64,000 bases of DNA from Cetorhinus maximus (GCF_964194155.1 NC_135884.1:143592001-143656000), one strand, 5' to 3'. Counted from the stretch's first letter, positions 37,995-51,987 are shown. Notes: a model not told the origin generated them from the sequence alone. Made by a program: numbers and translations.

Positions 37995-38833
37995 CTGTGA
38001 TAAAATCCGTGATTTCAAAGCTCATATTTTTTAAGACAGACCCTAATTGAAAAGGGAAATTGATAAGGAAAATTGAGGAAGGAAATTGACACTTCCAGTT
38101 TCCAAAGAAAGTAAGACTGAAATTGAGATTGGAAACCAAAACTCCCAGGAAGTCTGAAACTGGTTGAAACCATATAAAGGGACACAGCCATCAGAACTCA
38201 TGATGGTTCCAGTGGTGCTCATGTGCAGACAGGCTGAAGAAGGCAGAGGCTAAATCCAGAACCTGAGCATAGGCAAATATATGGTTGCTGTTACTTGAAG
38301 GTAACATTGGTAGATCAATGTCATCCAGACCATTGTACGCAAAGTTCAGGAGTTTCTGCAGACGTGTGCCATTTTTGGTGAAGACCGTGCCTGTGTAACT
38401 CAGGTTGGTTGTGCGCTGCTGTCAGTTGGGGATCAGGCTAAATCCTAGAAGAGGAGCTGAAATCCTTGTGAAGAAGAAAGTGTTTTGAAGGACTTTGTGA
38501 CTGAGGTTGATGACATACATGCCGAGTGAACTGCTGAGTCAATTTGTAAGATCTATCTTAGTTGTATCTGCCGTTTAATGTATAATTTATAGTTTATAAT
38601 CAACTGCAGTTAGTCTGTTAATTCATGTTTAACTTATGTGAATTCTCGGTTTTGGAGTGTAGGTGGTTACCCAAGATAATGTTGGTGTTTGCTATGTTTG
38701 ACTCTTGTATACTAAAAATTCCTTTGTTTTAAACCGTGGAATATTGTGGCTTCATTCTTTCGGTAAATAACTGGGATTTGGATTGCTTCTTTTTTTAAAC
38801 AAAAAGTTACTGGTCTCGACTGAGATTTTAATA
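37995..38833 (+). mobile_element. Possible solo LTR
   Basis: Starts TGTGATAAAATC and ends GATTTTAATAC (imperfect inverted termini); TATAAA at about 38173; LTR-like composition. Confidence 0.4.
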
Positions 38834-39416
38834 CCATATTCTTCCATGTCAAATTGTCTGTGAATCTGCATGAACTGAGCAGGAGGTAGGATTGTTACTT
38901 TTATTTAATTTACAGTATGTACACTGTTAAAAACTGCTACAATTTTTTTTACAAAAAACGAAAATGACTTTTGCGCACAATCAACTTGATTGGAATAACA
39001 CATAGCAAGATAAGTAGTCATTATTTCAGTCGTTGTTCCCTATTTAATGTAATTCATGGGTAATTAGAAAAATGCAGTTTATACTTTCCATACCCTTTAT
39101 GCATTAGTTTTGTGTATTGTGAGCAGGGTGAAAACACCTCTTAAATTTAGAACTATCAGTTTGTCTACCAGCGTTTCTCCACCACTCTTCAAAGCTACTT
39201 CACCCACAGTCCAGCTCTCAGAATTGTCAAGGGAGTTTACAAATTAGTTACAATGCATATTTAAGTTCATCAATTGTAGAGAGAAACTGAAGAGTGTACT
39301 TAGTGTGCAGTTGAGGTTTTGACACTGGAAAACCACTGGACACATAACTCAGTACAGAGAACTGATATGTGATGATGGTGGAGAAATTACCAAGTATACC
39401 AATTGTTTCTGACAAT

Positions 39417-39710
39417 TAATTTTTTTTATTTGTTCATGGCATGTGGGTGCCAGCAATTATTGCTCATCCCTAATTGCCCTTGTTCAGAAGGCATTTAAGA
39501 GTCAACCACATTGTTACCAGGTAAGGATGGCAGATTTCCAGTGAGCCAGATAGGTTTCTTTAACAACAGTCGGCAATGGTTTCGTGGTCATCATCAGACT
39601 TTTAATTCCAGATTTTTATTGAATTCAAATTTTACTATCTGCCAAGGTGGGATTACCCTGGGTTTTCTGGAATACTAGTCCAGTGACAATACCACTATGT
39701 CACTGCCTCC
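39417..39710 (-). mobile_element. tRNA-derived SINE with a LINE-derived tail
   Basis: Minus strand GGAGGCAGTGACATAGTGGTATTGTCACTGGACTAG head; tail CCATGAACAAATAAAAAAAA. Confidence 0.85.
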
Positions 39711-40170
39711 CCTTGCAGTGAATTTTGCAGTGATGAAACAAATCATCATTCCTAATTCAGTATCACAATGCAAATATTTTAAAGCTTAAAGTTGTTGAAA
39801 TTCTTGTGTAATGTAGTACCACATCACACTGATACACCAGTGGACTATACTGCAAAGTTATTGCGCTCCAGGGACAAAGAGGAGAATTTTGAAGAATAAC
39901 TTTCCCAGAATGTTCTTGTGCATCAAGTGGCCAGATCTGGAGTACTTTTGATGCAGATATTTGCCATTTAAGGTCCATTGAGCATTTAGGAAGTGAAGGT
40001 GTGTATTCTACTATTGATTTCTGGGGTTGACTAGGTGGAACAAATAGTCTTTTCTGGTCCTGGATCCTTCTGTATAGTGCCACATGAGCTTGTTGTGAAC
40101 TATCACTTAATCAGGAGTTGGGTGAATTAAGTCTTTTTTGAGTTCACCTTCATTTTGGTACATAAACAAG

Positions 40171-40869
40171 GGGCAGAATTTTCCCCCCGTTGGGAGGGAA
40201 GTTGAAGAGCAGGCACGTGGAGGCACCTCTCCAATAGGCACCTCTGATCAGCAGCGCGCTGCCGTTTTATGTGGGTGGGCCAGTTAAGACCCACCCAGCG
40301 TGACGTCCGCTCGGAAGCGCTATGTGCTCCCTGTGCGGGCAGGGGCGGATCCCTGAGCCGAGAGTGCGCTCCTTCACGCATTCGCACGAAAGAGCGCACT
40401 CATCTCCCTGAGGCAAAGTGCTGCCTCAGGGAGACTGGCTGTACATTAAAAAATATTAAAAATATAAAAACAAATTCCCGGACATGCCCCCTCATATGAC
40501 ACTGTCACATGAGTTGGGACATGTCCTTAACTTTTAAAAACACTTTAATTAAATTTTTAAAAACCTACATGAAACCTCATCCTGTCCACGGATGAGGCTT
40601 CATGCTTTTTCTAATGCCCGCCAGGGCTCCTGGCCTGCCCACCAACATTAAGGTTGGACGGGCAGGTCCATTAATTAGTTTAATGACTCTGTCAATGGCC
40701 TCAATTGACAGATCGGTAGGCCCATAGCTGATTTTGCTGAGCCCCCGCCTAACTGAAAATTTAAATGGGGCGGGGTGACGTTGGAAGTTCCGCCCGACGT
40801 CATCCCGCGTCATTTTACGTGTCGGCGAGCAGGCCCCACCCCCCGCTCGCCAACCGGAAAATCCTGGCC
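40171..40869. mobile_element. PIF/Harbinger-like MITE
   Basis: TIRs GGGCAGAATTTTCC / GGAAAATCCTGGCC; 3-bp TSD AAG. Confidence 0.88.
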
Positions 40870-41019
40870 AAGGTCTAGGCAGAAGTGCTGATGGAGGAGA
40901 GGTACTTGCCTATCATTTTAAAATTTGTCTCTCCACACCCCATATGAAAATAAGGGCTTGAGATTTGACACTTCATTCATTGAAGAAGCCCTGTAATATG
41001 GCCCAAGAGCCATGGACCT

Positions 41020-41345
41020 ATAACACCGAAGTCAGAGGGTTGTGGATTCAAACCCCAATTCAAGACTTAAGCACATAATCTAGGCTGACACTTCAGTGCA
41101 GTACTGAATGAGTGATGTCGCTGTCTCTGTTTTCTTAGGCTCCAATTGAAGAACAACAGGTTGAGTTCTCCCTGTCTTCTGAGCGATATTATTCCCCTAA
41201 CAACAGCCACCAAAGACAGATTTTCTCAAAATTTTATCTCTTTGCTTGAGCATCTTGCTATGGGCAAATTGGCTGCAGCGATTCCCTACAATAGTGACTA
41301 TGATTCAAAAATATGTGAAGTGCTTTAGGCCACCCTGAGCCTGTG
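41020..41345 (+). mobile_element. DeuSINE (SacSINE1-like), decayed
   Basis: GGATTCAAACCC B-box, GCTGACACTTCAGTGCAGTACTGA, GCAAATTGGCTGCAGCG. Confidence 0.7.
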
Positions 41346-41429
41346 TATGACTCACAACCCAAGTTCACAGTGTTAAACTTGTATTATTGACCTATGTAAC
41401 ACTGGACTCCAAAACTGAAACTTTATGCA

Positions 41430-42620
41430 TGTTATTAATATAGATTTTCAGAAATTGATAATGTCACTCATGAGATTGTTAGCGAGTTGAAGCTCATGGA
41501 ATTGAAGTCAAATTATTGACCTTGGTAGGAAATTGGATGAACAGCAGGAGATAACATGTAGGGATAACGGGCATGTACTGTAATTGATGGGATGTGACAA
41601 GAATCTGTGGGGCCTCTGCTATTTACTATATTTATTAATCACTTAGATGATGGGATAGAAAGCCACATATCCAAATTTGCTGATGACGCAAAGATAGATA
41701 GCATGGTAAGCAGTGTAGATGGAAGTGTTTCATTAAAAAGAAAGATTGATGGATTAAATGAATAGGCAAACTGTAACAAATGGATTTAAGTGTAGACAAT
41801 TGAGAAATTACCCACTTTGGACCTAAAAAGGATGGAATGGAGTACTTTCTAAATGGTGGAAAGATAGAAACAGTGGTGGTCCGAAGAGACTTAGGGATCC
41901 AGGTACATAGATCATTAAACTGTCATGAAGAGGTGCAGAAAATAATTAAAAGGACTATTGGAATGCTGGCCTTTATATTTAGAGGACTAAAATACAATGG
42001 AGGAAGTCACGCTTCAGCTGTCTAAAGCTCTGGTTAGACCACACCTGGAGTAGTGTGAGCAGTTCTGGGTACCACGCCTTTGGAAGGATATATTGGCCTT
42101 GGAGGGAATATGGCATAGGTTTGCCAGAACGATACCTCCAAGGGTTAAATTATGAGATGAGATTACGCAAACTAGGGTTGTATTCCCTGGAATTTAGAAG
42201 GTTAAGGTGGTGGGGGGTGTGCGGGTGGGGGTTGCAGTTTGATCAAAATTTTCAAGATCGTAAAGGGAATAGATAGAGTAGATATAGAGAAACTAGTTCT
42301 GCTGGCTGGGGAATCTAGAACTTGTCTCAAAGTAAGGCATTGTATAAAAATTGGAGTCAGACCTTTCAGAGGCAAAATTACAAAACACTTCTCCACACAA
42401 TGGTTGGTAGGAGTTTGAAACTCTCTTCTGCAGATGGCAATTATTGCTTGATCAAATGTTAATTTTAAAGCTAAGATTGATACTCTTCTGTTATCCGCAG
42501 ATATTAAGGAAAATGGGGCAAAGGCGGCTCCATGATGGTAGGCCACAGTACAGCTATGATCTCATTGAATGGTGCAACAGGCTCAAGAAGCTGAATGTTT
42601 ACTCTTCCTATGTTCCTATG
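41430..42620 (+). mobile_element. CR1 LINE 3' part, decayed
   Basis: SKFADDAK and RDLGIQVHRSL motifs; CR1 3' UTR. Confidence 0.85.
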
Positions 42621-42734
42621 AAACGCTTTAGTCTGTTTTGATTATGTGATAAAGTGCTATGCAACTGTAATTGTTTGTTTTACGTGCATAATATTTTACA
42701 ATAATTGTTTCAATAATTTATTGAAATAGACACG

Positions 42735-43321
42735 GGCCAGGATTTTTCAGTCGGTGTGCGTGGGTGGGCCCGACATGCCGGTGCGTAAAATGATGCGATG
42801 ACATCAGGCGTGCATCCCAATGTCATTGCGCTGTCTCGCGATGTTTCATTCAGTGGGTGTGTGACGGAGTCGGCTGCCCTCCTGCCGATAATTGATAGGC
42901 CTATTAAGGCCATTAATGAATTAATTAATGTCAAGTTAACGCTGCCTGTCCAACCTTACAGTTGGCGGGTCGGCGAAAAGGCCAAGCAGCCTTTACGTTT
43001 GTTAGGAAACCTTTTCCACGAGCGGGATGAGGTTTCCTAAAGCTTTTATGAATTAAATAAAAAGTTTTCCTGAAAAATAAAAACATGTCCCATCTCATGT
43101 GACACAGTCACATTAGGGGACATGTTTCATTAAATTTTTATTGATCTTATTTATTATTTTCAAAAGTGCTTCAATCCCCCTGAGGCAGCTCCGTGCCTCA
43201 GGGAGATTTCTGCACTCTTTTGCGCACATGTGCGAAGGAGCGCTGGCCCCGACTCTCCCCCCCATAACCGGCTCCATAACCGCACCCAACGAGCCCGCCC
43301 GATGCAAGAAATATTCAGGCC
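42735..43321. mobile_element. PIF/Harbinger-like MITE
   Basis: TIRs GGCCAGGATTTTT / AAATATTCAGGCC; TSD ACG/ATG (CpG-type change); internal homology to 40171-40869 in the opposite orientation. Confidence 0.82.
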
Positions 43322-45129
43322 ATGATATCCACAGGTGATTTTTTTTTATTGTGCAATTGCATTAAATTCTAAACAATGACTTTAAAAAAATATTGTTAAT
43401 TCTCCAGGTACAGATGGTAAAACACTTATAATGTCAGCTGAACTGAGTGTGCTTGATAAATTTAAATCCAAACCTTAGTCACTTATGTTTTTACTGAACA
43501 TGTTCTTACTCCAGGGAACATTTTTGGAGTGCATTGAAAGGGGAGAAATTCATGGTTTCGTAAGGAATAATGTTTTACTAACTAGCTAAGCACTTTGGCT
43601 GATTTTTTTTTTTCAATAATTAGCCAAGGGCCACAAATGCTGACCTTTTCCATTTGTTTCTAAGCCAATTGAATTGCATTAGCAGCTTGGTGAAATTGAA
43701 GGAGTTTTAGCTAAACTTAGCTCTGACAATGCATTCAACTAACGGCAGTTTAAACACTTCAATTATCCTTCTTATAGTAAATGGAGGGTGGTGAATTCCT
43801 TAGTAAATCATTATCCAGAAGAATCCATTATTCTGTTAAGTCCTATGGCATATGCGTTACTAGCCTGATATTCAGTGAACATGAAAGATAAGAGTTATTT
43901 GACCTGTCAGGCCCTCTCCATCCATAACCCATATCTGAATATTCTATCATGGATATTATGTAATTCTCTACCTGCACCCCCTCACCCAACATTCCACTGC
44001 AAGATTCCCTACTATAAAGAGAATTACGTTCTTCTCCTTTCCTGAAAAAAATAACTAGTTCTGTCAATACCTTTATAATCTTCAATCCCTTTCTCAATTG
44101 ATATTGATCCAGCTCCTTACCAGTGAGTTTACCTCTGAAATTATCCCTGAAACAGCCATCTTCCTTGGAAGTCTGGTTTCCTATCAGCACCTTACAGTTC
44201 CATCTGATTTCCGAGCATTGGTAATGAAGAAATAGGTCAGATATATGATTTTATATGACATAAGATGATGGCAGAGGATTGCATGCAGCTGGGTTCACAT
44301 GAGCAATAGCATGCTTGAAGTTTGTTGGTTAGGGATGTTATCCAAACTGGACATTGGATTGCAATCATGTAATTCACTTCTACCTACCTTGTATTCATCT
44401 CTCATGATTCTGATCGAGTGTGCTTTCCAAATGATCTGTTATGTTGCTTTACTACTATTTATTAATGTTTGGTTCTGAGGAAGTGAGGGAAATGTGGATG
44501 TTCACTCCTGATGCCCAGTGCCATCCCTCCTCTGCATAGCCCTGTTGCTAAAGCATTATTGAAGACATTTTCAAATTGAGATAAGGTATTTATTGACAGT
44601 TCCCTTCTACAGTCATTGCAGCTAATTGAGACTTTGAGTAGAGTCTACAGCTTAAAGATTATTTTGCATTGGAGCCAAAGGTGTCATCAGGGATTCCAAA
44701 TGTTGGCCTAGTTTTAAGTGAGCTTAAAAAAATAAGTAATTTGCCACCACTATTAAAAGATGCAGTATGTTTGAGTTTGTGCTACAGTCGCCAATTAACG
44801 GCCACCCTGCAAATGAGAGTACTAGTTTGAAAACAAAGATATACCTCGAAGGATTCTCAATCATTTCTATGGGTTTGCTTATAATAGGATAACATTTTTC
44901 CTTTCTCTTGAAAGTTATTTCTGCAAAAAGGTTTTTAAAATTGTCTTTACTTTTGAATATGGACTTGCATAGAAGTGTAACTAATATAAGAGCATTTGTT
45001 GCCAAACTGACTTTGTATTTGATGAGAACACAGAGTTCCATGAAAATTTGTTATGGATATCCAAGAGACAAGCCCAAACCACGTCCTCCCTGGCCCAATG
45101 CATGTTCGCTCGGGATTTGATTAAATCTT

Positions 45130-45930
45130 TAGTTTCACCTTTGGCATACGTGTGAGAGTTCCAGGTGAATGGGCAAAAAACTGGAAAATGGAATTCATTG
45201 TCACTAAGCACAAGGTAAATTTTGGTTGAAAGAAACATTCTTGGGCTGTGTAAGGGCAGAGGCATTTCGGGGTACAGATTCATAGGATAGCACCTCAGGT
45301 TGATATGGCTGTCAAAAATAATAATGAAATTTTAGGTTTTATCACCAGAGGTGTAGAATATAAAAGCCAAGCTTTTATATGAGCCTGCATACGATCTCAA
45401 GAAGTCCTCAGTGAGAATACTCTGCAATATTAGGCTCTATACTGTAGGAATGATTTGAGGCTTTTGAGAGAGTGCAATGTAGATACACTGGGTTGATGCA
45501 TGGTTTGAGGAGATATCAATTATAAAGAAAAATGTAATTTTTTTCCCTCAGAACTATGTAGGTTTATGATCGAAGTAATTAAAATTATGAAAGGATGTGA
45601 TGGGGGTAGATATAGGCAGGTTGTTTTCAGCAGTTGAGAGTTCAAGAACAAGAGGCCACAGATACAAGATTCAATGTGAGAGATTCCGAATAGAGGGAAA
45701 ACTTCTTCAGAGAGTTATGAAACTGTGGAATTCACTTCCAGGGCTGGAGGTTAAGCCAGGAACTATGACAGCATTCAAGATTAGATTGCATAGGTGGATG
45801 AAGGAAAAGGAGTTGAAGGGATATGGGACAAGGATGGGTGAAAGTAAATAGAACTATTTGTTATTGTGGAGAACGAAAGTGGACATGGTCTGATTGGCTC
45901 AATGGCTTATTTCTATTTGTACCTTCAGTG
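45130..45930 (+). mobile_element. Old CR1 3' part
   Basis: RTRGHRYKI and QRVMKLWNSLP motifs. Confidence 0.75.
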
Positions 45931-47138
45931 TATTTATGTATGTCAGGCAAATACAGAGAGAGGGTGACTGTTAATCTTGACTGTTTTTTAAAAATCCTAC
46001 CTCTTCTTTCCCTCCACGCTCCCCCTAGTTTCCTCTCTTTAGGACCCTTATTTTCTGAGGCCATGATAGGTTGGGGATAGTTCCACTGGCATTCTTTCCT
46101 CCAGTGTCATTTCATGTGGGGATCTAGATATTGAGTCTTGAGAGGCTGTTTGACCACAGGTTGAAATCAGACCAGAGGTTGATCCAGTAGTCAGAAAATA
46201 TTCAAATACCTTTGTTTCTGAAGCTGGGGGTACTAAACCCCCTAGCCTCATCCTTCAATAACCCAGTGAAACTGACCAGAGGTGCTTTGAGAGAAAGCTC
46301 AACAAAGCAGGAGTTGAACCTGAGACTTTCCTTGTCTCGTAGTAAGGTATGACAGCATGGGGAACACATGCCCCACTGAATCATTGGTGGAGCCTTATTT
46401 TTTTATTTTGTTACATTCTTCTGCAGATAATTTGCTTTGTGCACATTAGGACATTATTTTCAAACCCTGCATCCTACAATCTTTAAACAGTATGACCTGT
46501 GATTTCTGGCAATTTCTACACATCTTTGTTCAGAATCTTACTCTTTGGCACATCATACGTAACACTTCTAGATGTTTTTATATTGGCCTGAGGGTGGGAG
46601 TTTAGGGGGCTTGTACACTAATAAGACATCCAACCACTTACTTGCACTCTTAGATTTTATTTTGAGGAAGTCCTGGTCCTTTTTTTAAAAACAGCTATTT
46701 CTTTAGCTCATGTTTTGCCATCATAAACTGAAAACTTTGGATATCAATATTAGTTTTCCTGTTGGCAGAAAGAACAGGTAGGTCTTTAACAGCATTCCAG
46801 AATAGCAAAGTTAGTTTAGCAGGTATTTTCAAGCCTTGGATGACTGGGATTATGCTCTTGCAAACAGCCTTTTTTTAATTTGCAAAGCTTCAAGGACCTT
46901 TTTGACATGGAATTTCCTACAGTCTTGCAAATGAGTAGATGTTGAATTGTGATCATTTTTGTCACTTTAGGTTCTATTTGAAAATATAATTAGGAATCAT
47001 TTGTGCTTGACATAATGTACTTTTTGTTTATGGTTGCCCTATTTTTGTATATTTAATTTTATACTTTATTACCTCTGCTTCGTCTCTTAAGTTCTGTTGA
47101 TCATTGCACACTTCTGAGCTGAGAGGGCAGACTGAAGA

Positions 47139-48997
47139 TAAAAGCAAAAAACTGCGGATGCTGGAAATCCAAAACAAAAACAAAAATACCTGGAAAAACT
47201 CAGCAGGTCTGACAGCATCTGCGGAGAGAGATACAGTTAACCTTTCGAGTCCGAATGATTCTTCACCAGAACTAAGGAAAAATAGAAAAGAGGTGAAATA
47301 TAAGCTGGTTTAAGGGGGGGCGGGTGGGACAGGTAGAGCTGGATAGAGGGCCAGTGATAGGTAGAGATGGCCAAAAGATGTCATAGACAAAAGGACAAAG
47401 AGGTGTTGACTGTGGTGATATTATCTAAGGAATGTGATAATGGTGACATTAAGGGTAGAAAGCAGGATGAGCAAGGTACAGATAGCCCTGGGGGGGGTGG
47501 GGTGGGGGAAATGGATCGAAATAGGCTAAAAGGTAGAGATAAAACAATGGATGGAAATACATTTAAAAATAATGGAAATAGGTGGGAAAAGGAAAGTATA
47601 TGTAAATTATTGGAAAAAGGGGGATCGGAAAGGGGGTGGGAATGGAGGAGAGAGTTCATGATCTAAAGTTGTTGAACTCAATAGTTAGTCCGGAAAGCTG
47701 TAAAGGGCCTAGTTGAAAGATGAGGTGCTGTTCCTCCAGTTTGCGTTGAGCTTCACTGGAACATTGCAGCAGACCAAGGACGGACATGTGGGCATGAGAG
47801 CAGGGTGGAGTGTTGAAATGGCAAGCGACAGGGAGGTCTGGGTCATGCTTGTGGACAGACCGAAGGTGTTCCGCAAATCAGTCACCCAGTCTGCATTTGG
47901 TCTCTCCAATGTAGAGGAAACCGCATTGGGAGCAGCAAATGTAGTAGACTAAATTGAGGGAAGTGCAAGTGAAATGCTGCTTCACTTAAAATGAGTGTTT
48001 GGGCCCTTGGACGGTGAGATGGGGGGAAGTAAAGGGGCAGGTGTTGCATCTTCTGCGTTTGCATGGGAAGGTGCCGTGGGAGGGGGTTGAGGTGTAGGGC
48101 GTGATGGAGGAGTGGACCAGGGTGTCCCTCCCACAGCACCTTCCCATGTAACCGCAGAAGGTGCAACACCTGCCCCTTTACTTCCCCCCTCCTCACTGTC
48201 CAAGGGCCCAAACACTCCTTTCAAGTGAAGCAGCATTTCACTTGCACTTCCCTCAATTTAGTCTACTGCATTCGCTGCTCCCAATGTGGTTTCCTGTACA
48301 CTGGAGAGACCAAACGCAGACTGGGTGACTGCTTTGCGGAACACCTTCGGTCTGTCCGCAAGCATGACCCAGACCTTCCTGTCACTTGCCATTTCAACAC
48401 ACCACCCTGATCTCATGCCCACATGTCCTTCCTTGGCCTGCTGCAATGTTGCAATGAAGCTCAACGCAAACTGGAGGAACAGCATCTCATCTTCCGACTA
48501 GGCACTTTACAGCATTCTGGACTGAATATTGAGTTCAACAACTTTAGATCATGAACTGTCTCCTCCATCCCCACCCCCTTTCTGATCCCTCTTTTCCCAA
48601 TAATTTATATATATTTTTCTTTTCCCACCTATCTCCATTATTTTTAAATGTATTTCCATCCATTGTTTTATCTCTACCTTTTAGCCTATTTCGATCCCTT
48701 CCCCCCACCCCACCCCTACTAGGGCTATCTGTACCTTGCTCGTTCTTTCTACCCTTAATGTCACCCTTAGCACATTTCTTAGCTAACATTACCACCGTCA
48801 ACACCTCTTTGTCCTTTTGTTTATGACATCTTTTGGCAGTCTCCACCTATCATTGGCCCTCTATCCAGCTCCATCTGTCTCCCCCCACCCCCCCGACTCT
48901 CAGCAAGCTTATATTTCACCTCTTTTCTATTTTCCCTTAGTTCTGGTGAAGAGTCATTCGGACTCGAAATGTTAACTGTATTCCTCTCCGCAGATGT
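47139..48997. mobile_element. Fold-back Penelope-like retroelement (GIY-YIG remnant in both arms)
   Basis: Left arm (minus, to 48084) mirrors 48126-48997 (plus), spacer 48085-48125; VYCIRCSQCGFLYTGETKRRLGDCFAEH; 14-bp TSD GGGCAGACTGAAGA / GGACAGACAGAAGA (47125-47138 / 48998-49011, 2 mismatches); hammerhead-like motifs at 47235-47273 (-) and 48939-48977 (+). Confidence 0.92.
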
Positions 48998-49154
48998 GGA
49001 CAGACAGAAGAGTTGTTTTCAGGATAGACGAGTGAATGGGATCATTTTTTTCCCTTTGTTTACCTACAGGAAATGCTTGGCTTCATCTCAGTACCTCCCC
49101 ATGACAACACGACTGAGATTGTTGCTCTCTATGTCGGTAATTGCCAGTTATAGA

Positions 49155-49520
49155 GCTGCACACTTTCGCCTCTGAATCACTAGGCTTTGGGTTCAAGTCC
49201 CACTCCAAGGCTTGAGCACAAAAATCAAAGCTGACTGCAGTACTGAGGGAGTGCTACATTGTAGGTGCCAAATTTTGGATGAGACATTAAACCAGGGCCC
49301 CATCTGCCAGAAGAGCAGGGGAGTTATCCCCACTGTCCTGGCCAATATTTATCCCTCAAAAACAGATTACCTGGTCATTATCACATTGCTGCTTGTGGGA
49401 ACTTGCTGTGCGCAAATTGGCTTACAACAGTGACTACACTTCAACAGTACTTCAACAAGCTGTGAGGCATCTGGTGGTTCTGAAGAACACTATATAAATG
49501 GAAGTATATATTCTTTCTTT
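49155..49520 (+). mobile_element. DeuSINE, SacSINE1-like, near full length
   Basis: GGTTCAAGTCCC B-box; Deu domain GGATGAGACATTAAACC...GAAGAGCAGGGGAGTT..GTCCTGGCCAATATTTATCCCTCAA; tail CTATATAAATGGAAGT. Confidence 0.88.
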
Positions 49521-49887
49521 TAAAAGAAAATTGTTTGAATTCAAAGATCCTTCAGTTTGAGAATGCCTGTACTCTGCCCACGTTGGTCCTATACGCTCAG
49601 CAGACAGGAGACTTCTATCCTATCAGTGTAGGTTGGATTTGAAATGTGCCCCTCCCTGAATGTCTGTTTGTTCACACTGCACAAGATCAGCAGAGCTGCA
49701 AAGTTGAACTTCTTTGCTCTGATACTAAATTTGGGTTGAAAGTTAAATGTGTAGCACCAAAACCAAACTGATTCCAAAACAAAATTATTTTCCTGCTCAG
49801 TTTTATTGTGATCATATCATGCTGCATTTACACTTGGTGCAATGCCAATGTAAAGCCACTCTTACATTTTGGTGTTGATTGCATCAC

Positions 49888-50345
49888 TGGGCTGAATTTT
49901 ACACTGCCCTTCTGATGGGGGTGGGGGTGGGGTCATAAAATCCAGTGGGTGGCCTGCCCACTTCCGACCTGATAGAAATTTTACAAGAATTAATGGGCAC
50001 CTAAGGGCCTCATCCTGCTGCTGCTGATATTTTACCCAGGGCAAGGAGAGGCCCACATCAAATGAGAAGCCGGGTGGCTTTAGCAATGCAGGCTGCTGTG
50101 GAGCAGGTGGGGGGGACCCTCCATTGCGGGCCCCCTGGGTTCATTGGAGACATCCCTCTTCCTTTAATCCTCCCCATGGCCTCTTGAACACGGCCCTCTC
50201 ACTCCCCTCATTGAGCCCCCCAACCCGGGGCTTACCTGGGCTCCTCGGCGTGATGGAACTGCCTGTAGCCCTGCCAGCGGCCACAGCACATGTGTGGCAC
50301 TCCTGGGACTATGGTGCTGCTGGCCATACAATTATTGGGCCCATT
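49888..50345. mobile_element. Old Harbinger-like MITE remnant
   Basis: GGGCTGAATTTT start and a GC-rich body; the right terminus is decayed. Confidence 0.45.
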
Positions 50346-50469
50346 TTAATTATATTTCAACTTTTACAAACCACTGCCTTGATAACCCTTTCTTCTAGTT
50401 GTTTGACAGCTTGCACTTGGCAGCCTCTGAACATATCAGACTGTTGCTAATGTCTAAAGTCATCACAAC

Positions 50470-50590
50470 AGACAGGTAGACAGGTAGGTGGAGTTGAGAC
50501 CACAATCAGATCAGCCATGATCTTATTGAATGGTGGAACAGGCTTGAGGGGCTGAATGGCCTACTCCTGCTCCTAATTCTTGTACTCTTG
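50470..50590 (+). mobile_element. CR1 3' UTR fragment
   Basis: GATCAGCCATGATCTTATTGAATGGTGGAACAGGCTTGAGGGGCTGAATGGCCTACTCCTGCTCC. Confidence 0.85.
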
Positions 50591-51085
50591 TTCAACCTTA
50601 TTTTCCACCCTGGTAAGAACCTTGACTCCATGGGAGTGATCTTTCTCCTCTTTAGAAATCAGCCGATTTATTTTTGTGCCGTTGCTGTTTACAGTGTCAC
50701 CTACTGTGCCTGACTTTGCAGGTTCATGAATTTAGACTAATTGTTTTTGTTCTGTTGTATCACAGTTTTATTGTTAAGGTAGTAATCCAGGAAAATTAGA
50801 CAATGGATCAGTTGACATCTGTGACAGTGTTTCTCAGATAACTTATGGGTAGCTAGCCTGACTGATACTTACAACTTGTCAATGGTCCACCATTTGGTAC
50901 TCAGTGGAAAGAGAGTTCAGCTTTTTAAACCCAAGGTATTTGAATTTACAAAATATACAAAACCTTATAATGTTCCAAGCATTCAAAAAATTATAAGAAA
51001 CCTTAAAGAGAAGAAATGGATTGTGTATTTTTTTGTTTATTTGTTCATGGGATGTGGGCATCACTGGCAAGGCACCATTGTGTGC

Positions 51086-51987
51086 TAAGATAAAAGCAAA
51101 ATACCGCGGATGCTGGAAATCTGAAACAAAAATAGAGGGCAGAATTTTTGTGTCGGGGGCGGGGCCTGCTCGTCGACGCCGGATGACGTCGGGCGGAACC
51201 CCCAACGTCACCCCACCCCATTTAAATTTTCAGGAAGGTGGGGGCGCAGCAAAATCAGCTGCGGGCCCGCCAACCTGTCGATGGCCACTTGAGGCCATTG
51301 ACAGGATCAATTAACCAATTAAAGGACCTGCCCGTCTAACCTTAAGGTTGGTGGGTTGGCCAGGAGCCCCGGCGGCAAATAGAGAAAACATGAAACCTCA
51401 TCCAACGGTGGGATGAGGTTTCACGTAGGGTTTTAAAAATTGTAATAAAGTTGTTCTGTAAATTATGAACATGTGCCAACTCTTATGTGACATTGTCACA
51501 TGAGGGGACATGTAAGGGATTTTTCTTTTCTCTATTTTTAATAGTTTTAAAAGTCGAGGCCATCTCCCTGAGGCTGCACTTAGCATCAGGGAGGTGTGCG
51601 CTCTTTCATGCGCGAAAGAGCACACTCTCGATTTTAGGGGCTCCCCCCCCACCCACACAGGGAGCGCATAACGCTTCCCGGCGGATGTCACGCTGGGGGG
51701 GCCTTAATTGGCCCGCCCACATAAAATGGCGGTGTGGCCCCGATCGCTGGTGGTGATCAGCTCCGCGCCCGTCCACCCGACAGGCAGAAAATTCTGCCCA
51801 GAAAATGCTGGAAAAACTCAGCCGGCCTAACAGCATCTGTGGAGATAAAAAAACAAAGTTAACGTTTCGAGTCCTTATGAGCTCTGAAGATGAGTCATAA
51901 GGTCTCGAAACGTTAACTCTGCTTTTTTTTATCTCCACAGATGCTGTTAGACCTGCTGAGATTTTCCAGCATTTTTTGTTTTTGTTT
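51086..51987. mobile_element. Short fold-back Penelope pLTR insertion, later interrupted by a MITE
   Basis: 13-bp TSD CACCATTGTGTGC (51073-51085 / 51988-52000); inverted arms around GAGCTC at about 51879-51884; hammerhead at 51880-51918 (+) with CTGAAGA..GAAACGTT. Confidence 0.9.
51137..51799. mobile_element. PIF/Harbinger-like MITE nested in the Penelope end
   Basis: Perfect 12-bp TIRs GGGCAGAATTTT / AAAATTCTGCCC; 3-bp TSD AGA. Confidence 0.9.
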
